Shown here piece after piece: positions 50,807-64,000 of a DNA stretch of 64,000 nucleotides. Source of the stretch: Euprymna scolopes (Eukaryota); the NCBI GenBank assembly GCA_053919585.1, contig CM132798.1, one strand, 5' to 3'. Every line of letters begins with the position of its first letter. Position 1 is the stretch's first letter. The notes below the pieces were generated by a model. That model worked only from the letters and a program-made list of their open reading frames with translations, did no database searches and was not told the origin of the DNA. Position numbers and translations under genes: made by a program.

Positions 50807-51561
50807 TATATATATAAAGCTGAACGTCTGTGTGTGTGTCTGATCACGAATAGGCTCCTATATGGTTGACTATTATAGAAAACTGATCACATATAATGAT
50901 AGAAAATGTATCGAGACACAGGAATTGGTATGTTTGATCTGGCATAATGATGATTCATTAAAATTGTGGAGTCTGCGTACGCGCCTGGTCCACAAAGTAT
51001 GGAAATAAAAAATTTAGAAATTTAAAAAAAAAGTTTACAAGTGTTTTTGATATAGATGTACATAATAATACTTTGATAAGTATATTTTAACTTAAATAGG
51101 GACGGTATAATAAATTGTGGGTCTGCGTTCGCGCCTGGCTTCCATAGAATGGAAATAGGCACAAACTTTAATAAAGACTTTTCATATCTATCTGCGTAAG
51201 TATACTTTGATAATTATGTTTCAGTTTAAGAAATATGGTATAATAAAATTATGGGGTGTTCGTTCGCGCCTGATCTCCATAGAATGGAAATATGTCACAA
51301 AGTTTAACAAGGTGTTTTAATATAGATTCACAGAATATTGTGATAAGTGTTTCAGTGTGAACAGGTATGGTACAATAAATTATGGGGTTTATCTATTTTC
51401 TTTTTACTTTCATCATATTTTGCTTTGGTCTTGATACCCCCAAATTCGAAGCTATCTCTTTACAACCCTCCCTTTTCATAACCTATCATACTTTCATAAA
51501 TCAGAATCCATTTTCTGTAGGCTGTTTTTGAACCCAGTCAACAACGGGTACTTTTGCTAGT
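50807..51561 (+). mobile_element. Helitron-like non-autonomous element with an internal ~140-160-bp tandem repeat (about 3 copies)
   Basis: Starts tatatataaagctgaa and ends acccagtcaacaacgggtacttttgCTAGt; internal repeats of aaattgtgg.gtctgcgt.cgcgcctgg...atggaaata. Confidence 0.6.
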
Positions 51562-51752
51562 AATATATAATAATATATATATATATATAAATATGTATAT
51601 ATAACATCTATATATATATATATATATATATATATAGATGTTATTTATTTGTGTGTGGACCAATATATTTTAAATCCAACAAATGCAATAGGTAAAACAG
51701 GCAACATGAATCTCGGGGTTTGTTAATTTTTATCTATCTATCTATCTATCTA

Positions 51753-51808
<56 letters not shown>

Positions 51809-54029
51809 TGCATATGTGTGTGTATATATTTGATTTATGTAATTTATTTCTAGATATCTTACCCCTAGGAATGGTACACATCATTTTAAAAAAGATTCGT
51901 ATTCTTTACTTCGATCGATCACACAGAAAACAGACGTGTTGGTCCTAAAACGATGATATATCGCAAGAGTATACACATGCTCAACGTTTCTCAATATACC
52001 TATCTACCTAGACATCTATCTAGATATCTATAACCATCACTAGTACACATTCAATGAATCTCGGGAAGTACCGTGCCTGTTTAACAATGGTCAAAGCAAT
52101 GGTGTCAATTATGTCGGTTTACTTGCAGATACGCGTAAGTTTGCAGAAGCGTATAACGTCAAGAAGAAGAAAGGTAGTAAAATGATGATATAAAAAAAAA
52201 ATATTGTTGCTAAGGTATTCGTGTTCCATAATTGTCCGTATGCGTATGATCGATTTCTGTACTCACTGACTCATACGAATGTCTCCTGGTACTAACGGTG
52301 TTCAAAACAATACCGTTTTTTTCAAGTAATCTGCTACTTATGAATAAATCTACAATCATAATGATCGCTAATTATTCCCTCAGAACTTCAGGAAGTTTCA
52401 TTTGATTCTAATGAAGCTTGTCATTTTTTTCTTTTCATTTTCTAATTAGTTATCTTATAAAAAAAAATTGCACAGCAATGTATATTCTTAAGACGCGACT
52501 TTAATCTTATGGTTTGGTTATTAAGTTATTGTAGCAAGATTGAATGCGAGTGTGTAAAAAATAATGTTGAAAACGGTATTTTTTACATTAGCCTAGAGTA
52601 AGTAGAAAAGTAGAAAATTCCTTTAGAAGTTTGATATTAGAATCAGGATTACGTATCAGCATATGCAGTCAGAGGTGAAACGTAAAGATGAAAAGAAAAA
52701 GAGAAATATAGTTCTCGTTTATAGACGAGCTTTTTCGGCACAAACATCTATTTTGAAACCATGGATCAGGTGATGGAAACGTCAACAATAATGGATAACT
52801 ATATAATGCTGTAAAATAATGAAACATCAAAGAGCATGATGATATTGAAAAAGCATGTTATTGACATTTTTATTTATTCTTTGCATTCTTACGGTTACAG
52901 AGGAACATGGATACAGTTGCTATAATACCAACAATAAAAAACGGTTGCTGCTTCATCGCTACTACGACCAGATTTACCACTGGATCTTACTACTCTTGCC
53001 ATGCTAGCATGGTCAGAAATTCGACGAATGTAACCTCATACATACGGTTGTAAAACAAACCGTGAAAACGATCCGTGATGCTGTACGATGGGATCCTAAT
53101 GGCTGAGCTATTCTTTCACTTTGGTCCTTACTTCGGCTAGATGTGAAAGCAGAGCGGCCCAATCCGATAAATCGGCTGGTCAAGTAAAACAGAGACGGGG
53201 TGTCAATCATGTTAAGAATAATGCGTATTACCAATGCTAAAGAGCAATGTTTTCTTGGAAGAATGCAATGTAACGTAAAATATAAATAATGGCTTTACCT
53301 GTAGGATTACATTCTAAAATTTTGTTGCCTATTAAATAAAGATAGTTATGTTGTAAAACAAACTAAATCATACCGAACCTTACTATATAACTAGTTACAA
53401 TATGTCACTTATTGTCAAAGTGTATCACGGATTGTCTTGCTATGAAAATTAATTTAATTTCCAAATCTGAGTTACGTTTTGCAAAGATGAGAGCCTTATT
53501 TAAAATGATAGGTAAAATTGACTGGTAATAGTTATTAATGTCAAAAATTATAAAGCTTAACCTCTGCTTATGTTTAAGACTTGCGAAGCAATTAATTACT
53601 GAGTCAGAGTTTTGCCAAAGTGGGAAGCATACTTCTTTCTTTACAGAAGGGATAATTCTATTTAAGATTTTTTTTACTCACTGCAACTATATTAGAACTA
53701 GATAATTCTATTTAAGATTTTTTTTACTCACTGCAACTATATGAGAACTAGATGCGCAAATTAATTTAATAGCGGGTGTCATGGAAATTGAGCTCTAAAT
53801 TATTGATATTCATCGATTATAAAAAAACTTTTAGCATCACTATTGGTATTATCCAAAGTAGTAGGGGTACGACATTGTATGATTTGTTTAACTCCTATAT
53901 GAGCTTTTTATAAGTGGGGTAATCAAGTTTTTAGTTTCTTGTCTTATCAGCTGGGACAAAATTATGTGATTTGGATTTGACTTTTTAGACATTTTATTTT
54001 TCTAGTAATTGGGTTTGGAGTATTTTTGT

Positions 54030-54400
54030 TTTTTAAATTTGATCCTCCTTATCATAGAGTTTTCAAAGTCATTGACGTGGGGATTGTGACGTAGGTGTCA
54101 TGTTGTTTTTAATCCGTAAAAATTCGCCACTCTCCTTTTAATCTGCTTCTGCTTCCTGTACGAATTAATCGCGAGTGTATCTTTTAGGGATCTGAGTGTG
54201 ATAGATCATCCGTAGAAATAGGAGCTTTATTTTTGTTATTGGAGTTCAGACCGTAATGGTGAGCTTTCAATCTTACGTTTTAAAGGAAAGTGTTTAAGGA
54301 CTGATCGAATTTCTGGATGTATGCCTTTCTAGTGGTGATAATAATCTTTTCAGCAGAAAAAATATTCCTTGTCGAACATGTGCGGGAGGATCGTAAAGCT
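54030..54400 (-). mobile_element. Decayed PLE RT thumb-region fragment
   Basis: Minus-strand HPEIR and QIPKRYTR resemble PLE HPNIKFT and SKIPKRYKRN; heavily mutated. Confidence 0.4.
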
Positions 54401-56590
54401 CAACTAAGAAGAGGTATAAACAAAATCAAAAAGTCAAAATAGGTTTACAAGCCAAAAGCTTCTGTAAACTTAAAGCGAATATAAATATTAATATTTACTA
54501 CTGCTACTACCATTAATACTACTACTACTACTACCACTAATAATAATAATAATAATAATTATTATTATTATTATTTTTAAGGGCAATCTGTCTGGGCACA
54601 ATGAAACAACCTTTTTTATAATTTCCATTGGGTTTGTTTTCCTTCCGTTGTATTGTTATGAAATATGCAGAACAGAATAAATCATCTCAAATCGATCGTT
54701 ATCTAACATTGTAGCTATTTATCTATCTATCGATCTAGCTATCTCTCCAGCTCGATCTATCTATCTATCTAACTGGAAAGGTAGACAACAGATGGATATG
54801 ATGATGTTTTCATAAAACCTGTCAACATATGACAAAGCTAGATCGTAGACAAATTTACCGGAAGCTCTGGTCAGCTGATAGGATCTACATGTGAGTCACG
54901 TGATCAGATGAGCTGGAGTTCAGAAGAGTTGGAATTTCGACGTTAAGCAGAGCGGTTGGGCTTTACGGTTGTCTCTGCTCCCCTTTTGTGAGAGAGTGGC
55001 GTATCTCTCAATGTAGACTCTTAAGACCACAAGCAAAGAAACTCACTTTCCATTTTCATCTGCGCGACATCCCGGAAAAAAATTAATATGAAAACCAACC
55101 AGCGTTCTTGGAGTGAATGTCTTTCGTCCAACAGGTTCCAGCCCCCTCCAAGAACAAGATGAAGTCAGGATGGACCAGACTCAGTGAGCAGAAAAGATAA
55201 AGGTATGTCGACGATACACATAGGACATATACGCGCACGCATATGAACATTAGACGATCACGAAACATAAAACAGGTAATACATACCACACAACAACATA
55301 ACTTGTGTTCAGAAAGTGAAGAACCACTAATAGATATTAACACATTTATGACACGTCACAAACAAACACGAAACGTATACACCCGTTTACAGTGGTGCTA
55401 TTCATGTTAGATAACGTAACAGTATTTTGGAAATCAAGTTTTCCGTCATTTCTAAATATTTAACTGGTCATGGAAGCATTCGTGACGCCGGTTCTGCTAT
55501 TTCTAAGTGAAAAAGTAACTATTCGAAAGAAATCCTCTGTCCTCGCAAACGGGAACTTTTTGCAGACTTGGAATACGCACATTTTGGATTTTTAACTTGG
55601 CTGTATGTCTTCTAAAAAGTCTTAAAAGAACATTGATTCTCATGATGATTTCGCCTTGGAAATATCCAAACATCTGGATTTTTAATCTTTAATTTTTTTA
55701 TTTCCGTTTGTCAGTAATGGATTCTTTCCTCCATTCCATGAATTCTTTGTAGTAAAAAACTTTTTTGTGCATATGACTGGTTTTCATATGATGCAGTTTC
55801 AATTCATGTCATTACCACCAAATTCGTGGCTTTCCTATAATATTCATTTGCTAATATCTTTCCTCTGATGAGAAGAACACCTTTCTTTAGAACTCGGCGG
55901 ATAATGGAAATCTTAATATTTCTTATTTGAGTATCCTGCGTAACAATAAAGTATTGTAAAGTATAATTTATGATCTTTAGTTGTGTTCTTGCCAGGATAA
56001 TTACCTCAAACACCGCGGTGGAGAAGACAATATAACTACCGGTATACCAACTTTATTCATTTAAATCGTATATATAAGCCCATATATCTGTATAACTAAC
56101 TGTTAATTTGACTATATGAACATATATCTTATAAATAAACAAATAAATAATTAAAGAATTTGAAAACTAGAAACAAATGAACGGATAAAAAAGCGGTGGA
56201 TAGAATAAAAAATAAATTAATTAATAAATTAATAAATTAAACTTGTCAATAGGTAAGATGAATTCACCATCAGAAAATAAAAAAAGCAACCATAAAAACC
56301 TAAAATTGGGAAGTAGCGATGGTAAGAATATAATATATAACTTCAGATCAAAGCGAAAACTTAGACCAATAAACAACCGCCAAGTTAAAAGAATACTAAC
56401 ACCTTACTGCGACAACTTAACCACACAGAACTGTACTTCCCACTTCCTCTCTCACTCCTACTCTTTTCATTCACTACACCTACAGCTCACATTCACAAAA
56501 TATACAACCCACTTCCTTTCAGAATGTAAACCACACCCTAATATCTTATAAAAACTAACGTAACTTTGACTTTTCAATATCGATTCTTTT

Positions 56591-56648
56591 TATGTCTGAT
56601 GAAGTGTTATCCTTGAATTGAAGTCCACTGAAACATGTAAGCACATAC
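56591..56648 (+). ncRNA. Minimal hammerhead ribozyme motif (PLE type)
   Basis: uaugu CUGAUGA agug...cacu GAAA c-au-g UA agcacaua; palindromic ACAUGU stem III; stem I needs a bulge. Confidence 0.6.
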
Positions 56649-57117
56649 GTAGCCAATAATGTTTGTATAAAAAAACTATATACCAGTCCTGCATTGAGCA
56701 CTCTTTAATAATCACCTGAATTTTATTGGATTAACATAAAGGAAACTAATCGATATAACCATTTTATATATATATATATATATATGAGGTTTCTAACATT
56801 TTTCACTTCTTGGGCTCATGGAAATCTTCTTTTTGGATTATACGTATAACATGGAGAAAGACGACGACAACGATTATTTTACTCATATATTTTTAACCTT
56901 AATTATTATGACGTCCATTCGTTAGTTTGAGAGTGGAAAAAAAACAGTATTAAACCCTTCTCTTACAGGGCCCTGTATTATATATTTCATTCATTAACCT
57001 CAAGAATTACCTCTAAAAAAATGCTTGGTTTTTCCGAATGGGGAAATTCATTTTAGCATAATCGTGTTAGTAATAGTATTTTCTTAAACTTGTTCTCTTT
57101 TCTCTTTCTTTGGATAG

Positions 57118-57217
57118 GGTAGAAAAACTTGGCTATTCACTTCCAGTTTTTGACTTCCGTCTTCCAGGAGTCACATCCATGTCTGCTGATATTCATAAAT
57201 ACGGCTACGGTGCCAAG
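57118..57217 (+). CDS. SPL-family gene, coding exon 7 (PLP-binding lysine)
   Basis: Pyrimidine tract plus tAG; (W)[33 protein letters not shown]; Lys codon at 57197-57199; donor AAG|GTAAGT; phases 2/0. Confidence 0.96.
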
Positions 57218-58689
57218 GTAAGTTATAGATAAGAAATTCTACAAGTCAACTTGGAAATATTTTCTTTAATTGGAAAAAAACTTGTTATAAAAAAAAATTA
57301 AAACTAGTAACTAAATCAATATAATAACTAGTTTAGTAGTATTTGTTGAAATATATACAAAATACATTAGCTTGTAATAACTATAAACTAATCAAATACA
57401 TTGTTACAGAGGGCAGAGAGGTGACACTCGACCGTATAACTACTAGAGTAGACATAAAGCAAGGAGGTAACGGCAATAGCAAAAAGATGACAAACACGGA
57501 TTATGGGTAAAGGTAAAATGTACGGCAATGAATATAAGATGAGCAAAACGAACTCATGCTATTTATTTATTTTGAAAATTTTTAAGACGAGTGTTGATAA
57601 CTTGCATTGTTAGTATCATTCGGACAACGTTTCACGTCTTTAGTGTTATGTTCACAACGCTTTGGCCGATGTAACCTCCAACTTTCTTCAGTGGATTAAA
57701 TACAGAGTTTCATTTGAAGTTACGTACATTTCGAGTTCGACAGAAAGATGCCAAAGTTCAGCAAAATAGACCTGAAGAAGTTCGTAGGTGGTGTTAGCCT
57801 AAACGACGAAAGAATAATACTCAAGATGCGAACAGTAGTCCAAATATTCCAAATAATATAACCTAGTATTTGTTGATTAGAAAAATATTTTGGCTACTGT
57901 CTAAATAAAATCATCTATGTTTTTAAAGAGAATGCAATCATATATAGCAAAAAAATAGATTATGAATTTAAAGAACTAACGATTATTTAATTATAACGAA
58001 TGCAAAACATTCAAAACCATTTGGAAATAAATACATAAATAAAGTTTACTTTACATATGATGGCTTAGACTTTTTTTTATATAATACGGCATTAAAACGG
58101 TGGTATTAATTTAATTATAATTTTCACAGTTAAATTAAAATTTATCAAAACGTGTTGATTTTTTATGAGCTAGCAATCCTAAATAGCTGCTTGTATATCT
58201 GATTCTAATTTCTATGTCATGTAAACTTATTACTGTCTAAAGTAATATTTTAAATTTTAGAGAACACGAACAAGTACTTTTTTAAAGATTTTCAAATGTT
58301 CTCAACTCCCATGCCTATGTTAACAAAGTCCGAACTAATATTCCGTTTTAAACCCTGTATGTCTTGTATGCGTGATTTTAGGACCTTGAATAATGTACAC
58401 CATATTTCTGATTCTTCTGTCGGTTTCAAGGAAGATGCGTTGTTTTTTGTAAGTTTCGTAGAAAACCTTTTCATAGCGTTTCTTAGACACATTAGAGATG
58501 CTTCTCAGTTTTGTTTGCTTTGACAACAGGTTTTCACTGGTACATAGTCTCCGCTGGCAATACCTTGATTGTGTATTAGGGTTATGTATGATTCTGTAGA
58601 CCTATAGGAACTGTTACAGTGCTGTTTTTGTAGGTGTATCGCATGCATTTTTTGCATCCTCGTTTCAACGTGTTAATTTGTTGTGATAT

Positions 58690-59060
58690 GTTTAATTTGT
58701 CTCACAGAACTCTTTGAAGTTCGTGGACGTAAATTGAGTCCCGTCGTCACTTACTGAGCATTCGGCAACTCCAAACCAGGCAAATAATTAATGAGGGAAA
58801 TTAATGAGTATCTCTTTAGTGGGTCTTTTACATCTAGGCATTTCTGGCCACTTTGTGAAGCTTTCCACCAAAATTAGGTCATACTAATCCTTTAATGGCT
58901 CTGCAAAATCTATATAAATTCTACACCAGGGTTGGTCTGTTTTGGCCCGTGCTTTAAGTGATCGGGATGCCGTTCCCATCAAAATAGAACCTGTGATATA
59001 TTCGCTGTGACCGGTCATCCAATAAGCTTTTCATTCTATATAATTTCTAAAATAAACTTT
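58690..59060 (-). mobile_element. Ty3/Gypsy integrase remnant
   Basis: Minus strand: QPWCRIYIDFAEPLKD*YDLILVESFTKWPEMPRCKRPT...LFAWFGVAECSVSDDGTQFTSTNFKEFC, matching the rve core PWxRIHIDFAGP/SDNGTQF, with stops. Confidence 0.85.
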
Positions 59061-60626
59061 TGTTACTGTCTCGATATATACACTTGGCAGCGAAACAAAA
59101 CACAGACAGCTGAGTTATAAAATATTTTGCTTATTCCTAATGATAACCTTTTCGATTTCAGTATGACCGTAGTGGCATCAGTGAAGGTGCGTGACCACAA
59201 TATCTGACGTCAACAGAGAAATCAGACTTAATAAATATGCTTTTTTACCGTTTACAGAAGGCTCCGGTAGATCTCATGAATTAAATAAAACAATGTTTCG
59301 AAATAGCTTTTTAACAAATTTGTTACATATCTGTATATCATAAGAAATAACTAGTGATCTCAGAATTAATGTTAAACGCAAATTCTTTTTGGAGTTCATC
59401 TGATTATTTATGCGAATTTAATCTTTATAGTATATACTAGTTCATACCCGTTCCTTGAATGTTGTTGGAGTGGTATCTGGGTATGCCAATTTCCATCTTT
59501 ACTTAGCTTATACCACTTTCTAGCAAGAACGAAGGTATGTAGTTTGTGTAGAAGTAGATGCGTGTATATGGAAAAATGTAACTTCTGTTTCCTTGCAGCG
59601 GTCGCATGCTAGTCGTGTAAAATCCAAATCATGTAAAACATGAATGTAATAGAAAAAGTCCCAAATCAGACTTAGTTATGTAATGTTCTTCAGTGAGTTT
59701 AGGATCTTTATACTGCTGAATGATTTTATATTTTAGCCAATCAGATATAGGATCTTATACTTGAACGAATCAAAATTTTTAATCGTACAATATTTTATAA
59801 GTAAAAATACATTTAGTTCTCCCTTTTTGGACAATTTGGCACTGTAATCTAATCTGATTACATGGTGCTATTGTTGAATATTTGGATAGTGGAATTTTAG
59901 TCAATTTACGCGTAGAAAATGTATTTGAAAAAGGCACACACATGGCTGGAAAAAAATATTGTTTATGGCTGAAGGAAACACAACACGGTCAATTGTGGGA
60001 AATAAAATAACTGTTGATCGATTCAATACCACCTGCAAATGTTATAATACCCACAACCGTTGGCTGGAGACGAAAATAGCTCAATGTTGAACGAACACCT
60101 TGACGATATGGCTACATTTTCAGCGAAGGAGAAATCCCAGAATGAGCATTTGCATATGGGTATCACAAATCATTATATGAAATAACAATAAATACAAGTC
60201 GATAGTCGACTGGTGATTGGGTCTGAGAAAGCACTTAATCAAATGTGATTCCTCCTTCATCACCAACCCCCGACTCGTTCACCGCCACTGACAATAAAGA
60301 TATATTATCATAATTTATACATCAGTGTTTTTATTTATACTTTTAAGTAAGCTATTTACGTACGAATAAACATTTTTAATTGTATATGGATTCTGTAAAA
60401 GTCGGTTGACATGAGATTTTTGTTTAAATCCGTAATCGTTGGACCTTGATATGTAGTGACTCTTAATTTTAAGAAATGAAATAAAAAACCAAGTGACAAA
60501 TACATATATCAATGGGAAAATCAGTTTTGGCGTCGTAAAAAATAATGATTTCGTAATGTGTACTCTGTCTTTTCCGTTTTGTCAACCGTCGTTTTTTGAC
60601 TAAACGAATATAATATTTTTCTCTAG

Positions 60627-60741
60627 GGTTCCAGTTTAATACTCTACCGTAATGAAGATATTCGTCGCTACCAAATATACTCCTACAGTAACTGGCCAGG
60701 TGGGTTATACGGTTCTCCAAGTATGGCTGGTTCACGGCCAG
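60627..60741 (+). CDS. SPL-family gene, coding exon 8
   Basis: Acceptor ttttctctAG; [38 protein letters not shown](G); donor CAG|GTAAGT; phases 0/1. Confidence 0.96.
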
Positions 60742-61837
60742 GTAAGTATTGGGTACTTCTTCGTTTCTATAGTAACCTTGTTATTTTTGTATTCTGAACA
60801 TTGATTTACAATCCTGGATATTTGCATTCTGACAATAAATTAGCTCGAGATGCTTCGTCCGTTAATAATTTCTCGTTTTCTACGAGACTCGAGCACTTTT
60901 ACGTGTATATTTAGTCTGATAAGTCTTGCTCTGATTTTCATTATTTCATTTCTGAATATAAATCACTAATTTTTCAACAATTATACTGCGTGGGAGTTAC
61001 TATTTTCAAAAATAAAATACATTTTTACTAGGTTATTTCTGTATTGTGTTCACAATTACAAATTGATACCGATATCGAAAAAAGAAAAACTGTTTCAACG
61101 GATGTTATTCAATTTGATGGTAAAATGTTACGTTATAAATCTAATGTTGTAAAGTAAATGAAATATTTTTGCTATAAACTAAAATATTGTATCGAATGTT
61201 CCTTCAATCTCATACACACTCACATACATTCAGTCTTGCGTTGAAAGTCATTAACATTACTCCATGTCGGAAGTTTTCAGTGAAACTCAGAATTGGTAAC
61301 GTAAGTACTGAAAGTTGCTTGGATATCTATTTCTAAAAAGTACTACAGTTTCCCTTATAGGGGTGTAAATAATACGCTGCATGGACAATACAGTGAGTTT
61401 TCAGACGAAACATTCAAAGCAAACTCATTGCAAATAATATTAACGCGTAAAAAAAAAAAAACTGGGAAATGGAAGTAAATAAAGAAGGAGAAATATTTTA
61501 AAAAAAACGTAACAAATTTATTTTTCGCATCATGTTTTTGTCGTGATCATCATAAGTAGACTGCATAAATAAAGCGTTTGTTGCCTCAGAATATTTAACA
61601 GTAATCTCTCTTGAAAAGTATAGGAGTTTTCTCTCTTGGAGTTAATTGATCAATGGGAGAATGCACCCTTCTATTTTTAGAAACTAAAAATATGTCGTAT
61701 TCTACCCAGGTGAGGATTTATAAACCGGGTATATATACCTTTCCTAACTGGTTTTCAAGTCCAATATAAATGGTCAGACTGGCCTGCCATTTTTGCGTGG
61801 CATTCACAACACGAGAGTATTTCCCATCAAATCCCTC

Positions 61838-62010
61838 TTCTAGTTTCAGCACCAGGCTCATAATCACTAACAAGAGAGTAAGTCAAGTTTACTTGCATAT
61901 TATTCATCGTATATTCTTATCTACTTGTCTACCTCTGTGTTTTCATATTTTAACTCTCACCTTGGGTGCACTCAATATCGCATCGCATAAAAAATGGCGA
62001 GCATCTGTTT
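61838..62010. repeat. ~170-bp direct repeat; second copy at about 62687-62853
   Basis: aacaag.gagtaagtcaag...ttgtctacctctgtgttttcatattt.aa.tctcaccttgggtgcact.aatat.gcat occurs on both sides of exon 9. Confidence 0.8.
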
Positions 62011-62134
62011 GAAAAAAAAAGCACACAAAAATACATGGTTCTGACAGAAACAAAAAAAATGGAATATCAAATATTTAAATTCTTCGTGTTGATATTTTTA
62101 CTACTATCCATTCATTTTCATCTGTTTATTGCAG

Positions 62135-62256
62135 GTGGAAATATTGCTGCCTCTTGGGTGGCTATGAGAGCCCTGGGAGAGGAAGGTTATTTACTGAAAG
62201 CGAAACAACTGATGCAAACTACAGAAAAACTGAAGAAAGGAATAAGTGAAGTAGAG
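62135..62256 (+). CDS. SPL-family gene, coding exon 9 (gene continues beyond the window)
   Basis: Acceptor ttattgcAG; (G)GNIAASWVAMRALGEEGYLLKAKQLMQTTEKLKKGISEVE; donor GAG|GTAAGA; phases 1/0. Confidence 0.95.
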
Positions 62257-63374
62257 GTAAGACTATTAATAAACTATAATGAAGGTAATATGTTTTCTAT
62301 CTGGCATTTCTTTGTTTCATTTCTCCACATATCTTCAGAATCCCATGATCACAAAAATCACAAGAAAAGAGGATGCGTCTGTTTCTTCTTCATAAAAGTC
62401 ATATAATCAAGAACAGTTTGTTTTGATTCCACTACCAGCTTCTCACCACATCAAGGTTAGACATGGTTAGTTTAATATGAGAGTTGGATTGAGGGCACAC
62501 TCTAGTAGGCTGGAAAAGTATCTGAAAACGTGCAGAGTCTGGTAATAAACGAACCCAGTGGCGTGCAAAAGAAGGTGACAAGGGGTCGGTAGCCCCAGTC
62601 AGCCAGACGAGGAGGAGCATCCAATCATATTTAAACCACCTTCATTCATATCATTATATTTCTTAATACTATGACATATCCTTGAGTCTAGCACCGGGCT
62701 CCCAAACACCAACAAGGGAGTAAGTCAAGGTTTCTTGCACATTATTTATCTTATATCCTTTTCTATTTGTCTACCTCTGTGTTTTCATATTTCAATTCTC
62801 ACCTTGGGTGCACTTAATATTGCATAATATACAAAATGGTCGCCGCCTGTTTTAAAAGTCCGGGTATCACCAAACCTATACATGACAATGAAGCAAACTC
62901 CTCCAGAAAAAAAGAAGTAATACTTGGGAGAGTGCACCTCTTAAGACTCGGTTGAACCACACTGCATCCCAGCAAAGATTACGTTTATCTCCTTCCCATG
63001 GCAGGAATGTTTCACACAATGTCGAGAAAGTGGGTTTTGAAAAACCAACATCCAAAGGAATAGCACCCTGGCCTACAAAGCATGTCTGAGTAGCGCCATC
63101 GGCATTCCCCGGTGTGGGCACCCAAAGCGATTATCAATAAACTACTTTGTTTTCTAAAGCATAAGAAGGAAAAGCGTTCGAGAGTGGACTTCCTAGAACT
63201 GCACAGATTGAGAAACATACCTTAGCCAACAGGGAACAAGTCATCTCAACAATGACCGAGAGCAAAACCCTATGGTTTGGCGAATAACAGTTGGGATGAT
63301 AAAATCAGTTCTGGCACTTTATATTCTTGTAGAAAATTGTGACACTCTGCAGAACACCTCTAAGACAAGAAAAG

Positions 63375-63770
63375 ACCAGAGCTCCAATCCATGGTTCCCC
63401 CCTCGCCAATCTTTTACAAAAAAACACTCGTCTAGCCAAAATCACTATCAATAAATTTCCTAACTCTTTATTGTTTCCTAAACCTAACCATTGATTCCAT
63501 GAACAAAGTTTCTTTCCATGAACTGCTCGTCTATGGAACTCTGTTCCGCTGGTCTGCTTTCCAGCTGACTACAATATCATTATCTTCAAGTCCAACGTAA
63601 ACAATTTCTTGCTCACCCATCCTCGTAAATGATCTAATTATGCCAAATTCCTTCTCCAAATGATTATTGCGCAACTGTCACAATGACTACAATATACACA
63701 TTAACCATTATCCTCGAGTGGCCTGTGAGTTTCGATATGTAGTGACCCCTTTGTAAAACAAAAAAAAAGA
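63375..63770 (+). mobile_element. CR1 3' fragment
   Basis: ctccaatccatggttccccctcgccaatctttt...tggaactctgttccg...gactacaat...ttatcctcgagtggcctg...gtgac plus an A-rich tail; colinear with 2390-2760. Confidence 0.85.
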
Positions 63771-64000
63771 AATTGTACCAGTTGTTTCACCGGACACAAT
63801 GACATACAATGAGATGCACTGAGTAATGGATAAATAAGCACGGAATAACAGAACAACATAACGAACACTGCAGCGAATCTCATAACATTGTTAACCATTA
63901 ACATTAATATGAAAACTCTTCCTTCGCAAATGCCCATTTGCTTAGAGCCTCATATTTTATTCATTGTCTCTAATTACATTTAACAAATTTGATTAGTTAC

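Noticed and set aside
52250-53050. Possible Tc1-like transposase remnant
   Set aside because: Only a vague resemblance to LPPYHPDLNPIE; no TIRs identified.
7913-62256. Recent bacterial horizontal transfer or contamination explaining the bacterial-like motifs
   Set aside because: At least nine spliceosomal introns and an N-terminal membrane anchor indicate a long-established eukaryotic gene; its origin needs a phylogeny.

Overview
AT-rich, microsatellite-rich draft sequence from an invertebrate animal genome, with ten N gaps. One host gene dominates: nine + strand coding exons (7913 to 62256, continuing past the window) splice with consistent phases into a PLP-dependent sphingosine-1-phosphate lyase (SPL)-family protein. 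Its motifs are atypical (ENALNP instead of SNPLHP) and it has an apparent internal duplication. The introns and upstream region hold a young 5'-truncated CR1-type LINE plus older copies, Tc1/mariner remnants and a MITE, Helitron-like elements, decayed Penelope-like elements (PLEs), Gypsy remnants, a 4.4-kb hierarchical 27-bp satellite and several perfect local palindromes. The most interesting signal is non-coding: a ~250-270 bp dispersed element combining a tRNA(Asp)-like Pol III module with a complete type I hammerhead ribozyme. It occurs in two copies with a compensatory base change, one intact and in the sense orientation of intron 4. Additional PLE-type minimal hammerheads are also present. 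All calls were made by eye; no database searches were run.
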